Positions 25,634-32,000 of a stretch of 32,000 bases of DNA are shown piece by piece (positions within the stretch are counted from its first letter, which is position 1; the number at the start of each line of letters is the position of its first letter). The notes under the pieces are model-generated. The model saw only the letters and a program-made list of their open reading frames with translations, was not told the DNA's origin and made no database searches. This stretch comes from Candidatus Nitrosotenuis sp. (GTDB lineage: Archaea > Thermoproteota > Nitrososphaeria > Nitrososphaerales > Nitrosopumilaceae), in contig DATLXX010000001.1 of assembly GCA_035575435.1 (NCBI GenBank), positions 1-32,000 on the forward strand, read 5' to 3'. Position numbers and translations under genes: made by a program.

Positions 25634-25708
25634 CTGTACAATTGGTTTGTGACGACATAGGACGAATTCGTAACTACTGGACAGTACGGAATTGTTGGGA
25701 TTTGTGCA

Positions 25709-26080
25709 TCAAAGCACTGAAAATTCAATTATTGCGCCAAGAGCTAGCCAAAAAAGAAATGAGAAACCGCTTGAAACCTTTTGAAACTTTGCATTAAATT
25801 TTATGTTTTCCAATCCAGTTGCAGGATTAAACGGTTTAATGATAGATTTTGGCCCATAGAGTTTCATTGAAAACAACATGCCCACAACAAATGCCAAATG
25901 ATTAAATGAATTTACAATTCCATACATGTTTTGCTTTAAGCTGAGCAATGATACTATGAGCCCATAGACAGAAAACACCAAGAGGGCAGAAGCATGCACG
26001 CCCCAAGCCAGAAAAAACAGTCCCACAATAATTGCCATGTTGATGTAGATTGAAATCAATGATGATCTCATCTTGATCAT
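25709..26080 (-). CDS. Hypothetical membrane protein with about four predicted TM helices, a passenger inside the IS
   Basis: ORF track, 123 aa, strongly hydrophobic segments, no recognised family. Its 3' end overlaps a degenerate IS-end-like sequence. Confidence 0.5.
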   Translation of the reverse strand: MIKMRSSLISIYINMAIIVGLFFLAWGVHASALLVFSVYGLIVSLLSLKQNMYGIVNSFNHLAFVVGMLFSMKLYGPKSIIKPFNPATGLENIKFNAKFQKVSSGFSFLFWLALGAIIEFSVL

Positions 26081-26100
26081 GTTCTTATTAACATGTTATC

Positions 26101-26415
26101 ACGCCTGCTGATTTAATTTAATGTATTAGAGATTGGACCGTTGGGAGCCAGGAGCAGCGACTGCGAATCTAGCAGCAGGCGTATGTCGAGATAGGATAAG
26201 GTCGCTACAATGGTGTATGAGGGCAATCTATGTCAAATACAGATCCTTTAGACTGGATAGACAGTAGCAGAAGGTCTGATGGTTCTTGCGTTAAAAGACG
26301 CCACCGACAGGTTAGACCAGAACAGGCCACATAGCGAAAGCCACAGTGCACTATGAATGATGTTCGTCCAACAAACGATATTAGGTCTAATCGACATGGG
26401 AGAACCAAGGCTCAC
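26101..26415. other. G+C-richer non-coding segment inside the IS; candidate structured RNA (strand unknown)
   Basis: Nested complementary segments: 26101-26110/26173-26182 (10 bp perfect), 26183-26189/26391-26397 (7 bp), 26312-26318/26384-26390 (7 bp). The only ORF here (67 aa, minus strand) is not protein-like. Confidence 0.2.
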
Positions 26416-26459
26416 TTAGATCTACGTGTCAGGATTTTGTAGAATTGTGCGACAATGCA
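26416..26459 (-). repeat. Right terminal inverted repeat
   Basis: The plus strand reads ttagatctacgtgtcaggattttgtagaattgtgcgacaatgca, which is the reverse complement of the left TIR with 3 mismatches. Confidence 0.8.
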
Positions 26460-26503
26460 GTCTAAAGACAAAAACTTATCAACGGAATTTTTGGATACAA
26501 AGT

Positions 26504-26710
26504 ATGCGTGACATAAACGAGATCATGCCAAAAATACCCAACATGAAGTGGGGCGCCTTGTTAAACAAATACCCCACCCAAAAAAGGGTAAGAGAATTAG
26601 ACACGATGCTCCCCCATGACAAGAGGTGGCACACTGTTTTTGACTTCGAAGATCACGTTTATGTGGATGATGTAAGGATCGCAAAAAAAGACAAAAAGGC
26701 TTGGACTTAG
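26504..26710 (+). CDS. Hypothetical protein (68 aa from the internal ATG)
   Basis: The track start (GTG at 26426) lies inside the IS right TIR, so I prefer the ATG at 26504 (MRDINEIMPKIPNMKWG...). No recognised family. Confidence 0.45.
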   Translation: MRDINEIMPKIPNMKWGALLNKYPTQKRVRELDTMLPHDKRWHTVFDFEDHVYVDDVRIAKKDKKAWT

Positions 26711-27093
26711 GAGCCCATCATCCCCGGCATCTTTGGCGGGATTCTGTATTGTTTTGTCACCATTATCCCGTTATCTGCACTCACTGTGACAAACTGGAGG
26801 GGGTTGTCGGGTGGAGGAGAAAGGATGACTTTTTGGCCCGGAGCCAGTGTGCCAAGTTTTAAGGTGTCGCCGTCGCCATAATTAACTTCTACATTTGTGA
26901 GCGGCTTTCCTCCAGTGTTTTGTATCATGACACGTGCCGTAACAAAGAGATTTTGCGGATCTTTGAATGGGTCGACATCTATTTCATAGTCATTTGTTGC
27001 AAAAGAACCCTTTGACAGGGAAAATGCGGTTATGCCGCCTACTGCTGCGATGACGGCAACTCCTGCAATGATCAGGAATTTGTATGCGGCCAT
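26707..27093 (-). CDS. Hypothetical N-terminally membrane-anchored extracellular protein (128 aa)
   Basis: N-terminal TM helix FLIIAGVAVIAAVGGITAF followed by a beta-rich-looking domain. No recognised family. Confidence 0.55.
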   Translation of the reverse strand: MAAYKFLIIAGVAVIAAVGGITAFSLSKGSFATNDYEIDVDPFKDPQNLFVTARVMIQNTGGKPLTNVEVNYGDGDTLKLGTLAPGQKVILSPPPDNPLQFVTVSADNGIMVTKQYRIPPKMPGMMGS

Positions 27094-27131
27094 TGCTAAA
27101 ATAATGCAAATCTAGGTATTAAGATTTCAGA

Positions 27132-27377
27132 TTACTTGCCGCCTTGTTCCGGAATGGTGGAAAGTGTGGTTGTCGACACCACGTTTGGCAGTTTTCTTAT
27201 TTTTTTGGTCACCGTGTCTGCCACGTCCTTGTGTGTTTGTCCCACAACTTTGACAAAGATATCATACATTCCGTATGTGCCGTGTGTTTCCTTGACATTT
27301 TCGATTTTTAGGAGCTCACGCATCACATCCATCTCGTGACCCACCTCACATTTGACTAGGACAAACGCGATCTCCAT
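27132..27377 (-). CDS. Stand-alone RAM (Lrp/AsnC ligand-binding) domain protein, 81 aa, no HTH
   Basis: IAFVLVKCEVGHEMDVMRELLKIENVKETHGTYGMYDIFVKVV fits the AsnC-type C-terminal domain. Its start lies 2 nt after the purF stop. Confidence 0.8.
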   Translation of the reverse strand: MEIAFVLVKCEVGHEMDVMRELLKIENVKETHGTYGMYDIFVKVVGQTHKDVADTVTKKIRKLPNVVSTTTLSTIPEQGGK

Positions 27378-27379
27378 GC

Positions 27380-28810
27380 CTACTCACCCTTCATTTCCTC
27401 GCGTGTTTTGAATGTTGGTTTTATTCCAAGAGTGCTGTAATCGCCGGTGGTGCACGTAAAACACAGAGAATCCAGTGGGATCCCCACTGCGTTTGCGAGG
27501 TTTTGAGCATCGTTGTAGCCCAAAAAGTCGGCGCCTATGTCGTTTCGAATCTTTTCAATTATTTCCTCATCATTTCCAGACTGGTTTGCGCCAGTAGCCA
27601 GCTCGTCCTGGGATGGAAAATCGATCCCTGCATAGCATGGGTATTTGATTGGAGGGTATGTGATCAGCATGCTGATCTTTCTTGCGCCGGCGCGCTTGAG
27701 GGCCTTGATTATCGCCTTTGAGCTTGTCCCTCTCACAAGACTGTCATCTATCACTACGACATGCTTGCCTGAAATTATTTCAGTGATTGGGATTATCCAG
27801 CGGTTTATTTCAACGCGATCGCTTTGGTGCGGCTCAATGAAGCTTCGGAGTGGCCCTTTCTTGCTGTACCTGTCTTTGAGAAGCCCTTCGTCGAATTGAA
27901 GACCAAGCTCCTGCGCATAACCAAGTGCTGCCGGTCTGGCAGAGTCAGGCACAGGAATGACCAAGTCAGCGTCTTTTATCGGGAATTTTTTTGCGAGAAA
28001 TTGGCCTATTCTCTTTCTTGCCATGTAGATGTTTGTTCCTTCCATTCTGCTTGTGGGATGCGCAAAATAGGTGAACTCAAATGAGCAGTGCGCGTGTTTT
28101 TTTTCTTCGGAAAACATCTCTGACTCGATGCCGTTACTGCTAAACTTCAAAAGCTCGCCTGGCAGGACGTCACGGACTAGCTTTGCTCCAATTGCTGCAA
28201 GCGCGGACGACTCAGATGCAACGATTGTCACTTGGCCGTCCTCCTTTGAGCCAAGAACCATCGGCCTGAATCCACGCGGGTCCCGTGCAGCATAAACCGC
28301 ATTATCGTCTGAAACGAATGTAAAGCAGTATGATCCGGCCATTTCATTTTTAAGAATAGAAAGAGCACTTCCAAGTTTGCCGTTTGTGGACATCAAAGAA
28401 ACAAGCCGCTGGGCTGCAATGAGTGTGTCACTTGAGTTCTGAGGTGTAAAGGTGCACCCTCCGACCATGTTTGCAAGCTCGGCTACGTTTGCTATTGTGC
28501 CGTTGTGCGCAATGCAGAGATCCTTGACTTTTAGTGGTTGGGCGTTGTCAAGATTGCTTCTTCCTACGGTTGAGTACCTCACATGACCTATTGCGGCAGG
28601 GGATGCGTATTCTTCTGTGATTTTATCGAATTCTGAGGAGGCCGCAGAAACCAGTCCGAGCCTCTTGAGGGGAGCTTTTTTTGGGATTGCCAGCCCCCAT
28701 GCCTCCTGTCCTCTGTGTTGAAGAGCTCTGAGTGCGTCAATTACCATAGGTATTACGTTGGAGCCGTCCTTGCTGTAGATGCCGACTACGCCACAGTTTT
28801 CCTTAACCAT
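27380..28810 (-). CDS. purF: Amidophosphoribosyltransferase
   Basis: MVKEN-CGVVGIY (N-terminal nucleophile Cys), PRTase motif HVVVIDDSLVRGTS, 476 aa. Confidence 0.95.
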   Translation of the reverse strand: MVKENCGVVGIYSKDGSNVIPMVIDALRALQHRGQEAWGLAIPKKAPLKRLGLVSAASSEFDKITEEYASPAAIGHVRYSTVGRSNLDNAQPLKVKDLCIAHNGTIANVAELANMVGGCTFTPQNSSDTLIAAQRLVSLMSTNGKLGSALSILKNEMAGSYCFTFVSDDNAVYAARDPRGFRPMVLGSKEDGQVTIVASESSALAAIGAKLVRDVLPGELLKFSSNGIESEMFSEEKKHAHCSFEFTYFAHPTSRMEGTNIYMARKRIGQFLAKKFPIKDADLVIPVPDSARPAALGYAQELGLQFDEGLLKDRYSKKGPLRSFIEPHQSDRVEINRWIIPITEIISGKHVVVIDDSLVRGTSSKAIIKALKRAGARKISMLITYPPIKYPCYAGIDFPSQDELATGANQSGNDEEIIEKIRNDIGADFLGYNDAQNLANAVGIPLDSLCFTCTTGDYSTLGIKPTFKTREEMKGE

Positions 28811-30968
28811 GCAACACCAGCTCCCTTAGTGAATTAAACCACTTGTCATGTGCCTTATCAACCCTTAGTTTTGCCACCTCCTTGTTGTTATTAGTAAATA
28901 TGATGTCATTGCCATGGAATTTCCCAATCAGGCCAAATTCAACTTGGCTCTTCTTTAACATGCTGATCACAGATTCAAGATTGGATTCTTCTATTACCAA
29001 AACATACCTAGAATGACTCTCAGAGAACATGATTTTATCGTCTGGTATTCTTTCTTGTGGTATGTTTTCAAGTGCAACTGTGCACCCAATATTGCTAGTC
29101 ATTGCAAGCTCACATACTGCTATGGCCAAACCGCCTTTTGAGCAGTCATGAGCAGCTTTTACCTTTTCAGCCCGAATCAAAGACAGCACAGCATCCATGT
29201 TTTTCTTTGATTCTACTAGGTCGACTTGTGGGCATTGCCCTCCAATAAAATCATGAATGTATTCATAGTATTCAGAGCCGCCAAGCTCGTCCTTTGTCTT
29301 GCCAACCAATATAATCAGGTCGCCGTCGTTGACCTTTTGTGGTTTGAGAGGTTTTTTGTCAATTAGCCCCAATACGCCAATCAACGGGGTCGGTTTGATT
29401 GGCCCTTGCGGCGTCTCGTTGTATAGGCTGACTTTGCCACCCACGCACGGGATGTTAAAAAATTTTGAAAACTCGGTTATTCCCTTTAAGGACTCCAGAA
29501 ACGTCCAAAATATTTCTGGGTCTTCCGGATTTCCAAATTGTAGGTGGTCCACCATCCCAATCGGTGTCGCGCCTGTGCATACTACGTTTCTGCATGCTTC
29601 CTCAAAGCAGCCCATTGCCCCTTGTTTCGGATCCAAATAACAGTGCTTTGGGTTCCCGTCGATTTTTGCGCTGAGGTATTTTCCGTTATCCAGTCGTAGT
29701 ACGGCTGCGTCTGAGCCGGGTTTTACTGTTGTGCGGATTCCTACCTCATGGTCGTACTGCCCATACACCCAGATCTTGCTTGCGATGTTTGGGTTCGCAA
29801 GCATCCTCATGATTATTTTTGAGAGATCAGAGACAGATTTTGGTTCAGGCTTTTTTTGTAGTTGTTTTATGTATGCGGGCTCTTTTGCCGGCCTATCAAG
29901 AAGTGGTGCGTTTGCGACTATCTCCGCCGGCATCTGGGCAATTACTGAGCTGTTGCTTTTTACTTTCATCATCTTGTCAGAGGTCACTTTGCCTATTACC
30001 GAGCAGTTGACGTGGAACTTGGCACAGATTTCTTGGAGCCTTTTCAATTTTTGTTTGTCTGTGATGATCAGCATTCTTTCTTGTGATTCGGAAGTCATAA
30101 TCTCGGTCGGATTCATGTTTGGTTCCCTTGTATGGACCTTGGTCACATCAAGCTCTATTCCAACTCCAAGTGCGTCCGCCGTTTCTGAAATGGCACATGA
30201 GAGTCCTCCTCCACCTAGGTCTTTTACTGCCTTGATGCACCCCTCGTTTCTTGCCTCAAGGGTGGCCTCGATTATCAGTTTTTCAATGAACGGATCTGGG
30301 ATTTGCACCGCTGAGCGATCCTCTGACTCTAATGAATCTGATGCAAACTGTGAGCCGCCAATTCCGTCGCGCCCGGTGGAGCCGCCAATGAGCACCACTA
30401 CGTCGCCTTCCTGTGCGTTGTTTTTGATCAGCTTTTCTTTTTTTCCAAATCCGATTGAAGCCACATCGACTAGCGCGTAATTTGTGTAACATTTGTCGAA
30501 TTCGACTTCGCCGCCCACAGTAGGAATGCCAAGGCAGTTGCCATAGTCTGCAATTCCAGTTACTGCATTTTTGAAAAGCCATCTTGCGTGTTGGTCTTTT
30601 TCAATATCTCCGAATCTAAGTCCGTCCAGTATTGCAATTGGTCGCGTGCCTGCAGACAAGATATCTCTTATGACCCCACCTACGCCGGTGGCCGCTCCGC
30701 CGTACGGCTCTACTGCAGAGGGGTGGTTGTGGCTTTCAATGTGTACGGTGACAACATAGCCATCGCCCACATCCAGCACCCCGGAATCGAACCCCTTCTC
30801 ATGGATCACGCGCGGTCCAGATGTGGGAAGCATTTTGAGGTGTTTTTTTGATGATTTGTACGAGCAGTGTTCTGACCACTCGGCCGCCACAATGTGGAGT
30901 TCGGTTTCATTTGGATGTCGCCCTATTTTTTTTGTAAGATATTGCAGCTCTTGTGGTTGCAGACTCAT
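28803..30968 (-). CDS. purL: Phosphoribosylformylglycinamidine synthase subunit PurL
   Basis: 721 aa, EWSEHCSYKSSK, ESHNHPSAVEPYGGAATG. Overlaps purF by 8 nt. Confidence 0.95.
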   Translation of the reverse strand: MSLQPQELQYLTKKIGRHPNETELHIVAAEWSEHCSYKSSKKHLKMLPTSGPRVIHEKGFDSGVLDVGDGYVVTVHIESHNHPSAVEPYGGAATGVGGVIRDILSAGTRPIAILDGLRFGDIEKDQHARWLFKNAVTGIADYGNCLGIPTVGGEVEFDKCYTNYALVDVASIGFGKKEKLIKNNAQEGDVVVLIGGSTGRDGIGGSQFASDSLESEDRSAVQIPDPFIEKLIIEATLEARNEGCIKAVKDLGGGGLSCAISETADALGVGIELDVTKVHTREPNMNPTEIMTSESQERMLIITDKQKLKRLQEICAKFHVNCSVIGKVTSDKMMKVKSNSSVIAQMPAEIVANAPLLDRPAKEPAYIKQLQKKPEPKSVSDLSKIIMRMLANPNIASKIWVYGQYDHEVGIRTTVKPGSDAAVLRLDNGKYLSAKIDGNPKHCYLDPKQGAMGCFEEACRNVVCTGATPIGMVDHLQFGNPEDPEIFWTFLESLKGITEFSKFFNIPCVGGKVSLYNETPQGPIKPTPLIGVLGLIDKKPLKPQKVNDGDLIILVGKTKDELGGSEYYEYIHDFIGGQCPQVDLVESKKNMDAVLSLIRAEKVKAAHDCSKGGLAIAVCELAMTSNIGCTVALENIPQERIPDDKIMFSESHSRYVLVIEESNLESVISMLKKSQVEFGLIGKFHGNDIIFTNNNKEVAKLRVDKAHDKWFNSLRELVLHG

Positions 30969-31645
30969 CTTCTTGTCCCAACTGTTGCAATGAGCGATTC
31001 AAAAATAAGCGATGATGGTTTGGAGTCGTGCGGGTTTATCTCTGGTTCCACTGCGCGTTCTGGGTGTGGCATCATTCCGACCACATTTCCTTCTTTGTTG
31101 CAGATTCCGGCAATGTCAAACACAGAGTCGTTGATGTTTTCACCATAGCGGAACACTATCTGGTTGTTCCTCTTTAGCTTCTCAAGAGTGGGCTTGTCCA
31201 CGTAGTATCTTCCTTCACCATTTGCGATTGGAATTGGAATTCTTTGTTTCAGCTTGAATTTGTTTGTGAACGGGGTCTTGTTGTTTTCAACTATGAGTTC
31301 GGTCCAGCGGCACATGAACGTCAGTGAGGTGTTTTTGAGCAACACCCCTGGCAGGAGCTGTGCCTCGACTAGAATTTGGAATCCGTTGCAGACTCCAAGA
31401 ACTGGCATCCCCTTGTCTACCATTTTCTTCACATCTGCTATGACTGGACTGTGTGCAGCGATCACTCCCGCTCTGAGGCGGTCTCCGTAAGAGAATCCTC
31501 CTGGCAGAACCACTGCGTCAAGGTCCTTTGGCAGCTTCTCTTCGTGCCAGAAATATTTAACATCAAGCTTAAAGACGTCCTGTAAGACATGGTACATGTC
31601 TCGATCGCAGTTGCTGCCCGGAAATACGATGACGCCTACCTTCAC
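30965..31645 (-). CDS. purQ: Phosphoribosylformylglycinamidine synthase glutaminase subunit PurQ
   Basis: MKVGVIVFPGSNCDRD, GVCNGFQIL (catalytic Cys), MMPHPER. ATGA overlap with purL. Confidence 0.95.
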   Translation of the reverse strand: MKVGVIVFPGSNCDRDMYHVLQDVFKLDVKYFWHEEKLPKDLDAVVLPGGFSYGDRLRAGVIAAHSPVIADVKKMVDKGMPVLGVCNGFQILVEAQLLPGVLLKNTSLTFMCRWTELIVENNKTPFTNKFKLKQRIPIPIANGEGRYYVDKPTLEKLKRNNQIVFRYGENINDSVFDIAGICNKEGNVVGMMPHPERAVEPEINPHDSKPSSLIFESLIATVGTRR

Positions 31646-31745
31646 ATGTAAAATTGAATAATGAGATTATTAAATCAAATCGGAAAATCCGCATCACAGA
31701 TCTCGGCAACAAATCTTTTTTATCTGTAAAAAAGCCACTCAAACT

Positions 31746-32000
31746 ATGGGACATGTAAGAGACATCATGAACAAGCACGTAATCACCATATCAAAAGACA
31801 AAAGCTGCCTCGAGGCAGCAACGCTGCTCAAAGATAAGGACATCAGCTTCCTCGTAGTCATGGAAGGAGAAAACCCCGTTGGAATAGTCACCGAGGCCGA
31901 CTTTGTGAGAAAGCTCGTTGCTGCCGACAAGCTCGCATCTGAGCTCAAAGTAAAGGACATAATGTCTCCGAAATTCAGGTGGGTGGAGCCCATAACTACA
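31746..32000 (+). CDS. CBS-domain protein, 5' part; runs off the right window edge
   Basis: Manual translation: MGHVRDIMNKHVITISKDKSCLEAATLLKDKDISFLVVMEGENPVGIVTEADFVRKLV...KDIMSPKFRWVEP. Open to the last base. The track's minus-strand ORF 31739-31993 is its antisense shadow. Confidence 0.8.
   Translation, partial: MGHVRDIMNKHVITISKDKSCLEAATLLKDKDISFLVVMEGENPVGIVTEADFVRKLVAADKLASELKVKDIMSPKFRWVEPITT

Larger units (their letters stand above)
24718..26459 (+). mobile_element. 1742-bp IS5-family insertion with 44-bp terminal inverted repeats and a 9-bp target-site duplication
   Basis: The TIRs match at 41 of 44 positions. The direct repeat GTCTAAAGA lies immediately outside both ends (24709-24717 and 26460-26468). 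Inside are a decayed transposase, a 123-aa membrane ORF and about 315 bp of non-coding DNA. Confidence 0.75.

Noticed and set aside
26205-26408. 67-aa minus-strand ORF inside the IS cargo.
   Set aside because: It is Cys/Arg/Leu-rich and does not look protein-like. It sits in the G+C-richer segment, where random ORFs are more likely in an AT-rich genome. The region is better treated as non-coding.
26101-26415. Possible RNase P RNA or SRP RNA identity for the structured segment.
   Set aside because: On either strand I could not find a GAGGAAAGTCC-type CR-I motif with its ACAGAA..GGCTTA partner, or an SRP helix-8 GGAA/AGCA arrangement. An essential RNA inside an IS with a target duplication is also unlikely.
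31739-31993. 84-aa minus-strand ORF at the right edge.
   Set aside because: The plus strand encodes a clear CBS-domain protein from the ATG at 31746 and is open to the window end. The minus-strand ORF is its Ser/Leu/Thr-rich antisense shadow.

Overview
Chromosomal segment of an AT-rich archaeon. Gene content and order best fit an ammonia-oxidising thaumarchaeon (Nitrosopumilales-like); this is inferred from archaeal-only genes (eS4, Rpp29, ESCRT-III/CdvB, proteasome alpha, DUF171 SPOUT) and was not checked against any database. Left to right: the 3' end of an IS5-type transposase cut by the window edge; HMG-CoA synthase; a biotin cluster (bioD divergent from bioA-bioB-bioF); a CcdA plus membrane-anchored thioredoxin-like pair (a split DipZ arrangement); a stand-alone CdvB/Snf7 paralog; about 3.5 kb of poorly conserved accessory DNA; tRNA-Asn(GTT); and a 7.9-kb minus-strand ribosomal-protein operon (L3-L4-L23 / S19-L22-S3-L29-Rpp29-S17-L14-L24-S4e-L5-S14-S8-L6). 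These are followed by a DUF171 methyltransferase, proteasome alpha, DUF371, an ArsR-like regulator, purC, a 1.74-kb IS, and purQ-purL-purF with a tightly coupled RAM-domain protein. A CBS-domain gene runs off the right edge. The accessory DNA holds orphan ORFs, three paralogous small secreted CGDxxC peptides (one frameshifted), four copies of a 22-bp palindromic element, a Nudix hydrolase, a 440-bp ORF-free stretch with a G/C-rich 18-bp inverted repeat, and a zinc-ribbon ORF. The IS has 44-bp terminal inverted repeats, a 9-bp target duplication, a decayed transposase, a passenger membrane ORF and about 315 bp of G+C-richer non-coding DNA that can fold. The most unusual items are the peptide family with its palindromic element, the IS passenger region, the Lys/Pro/Glu-rich repeat tail on L24, and the absence of L2 from its usual operon position. 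All coordinates and alignments were worked out by hand from the sequence.
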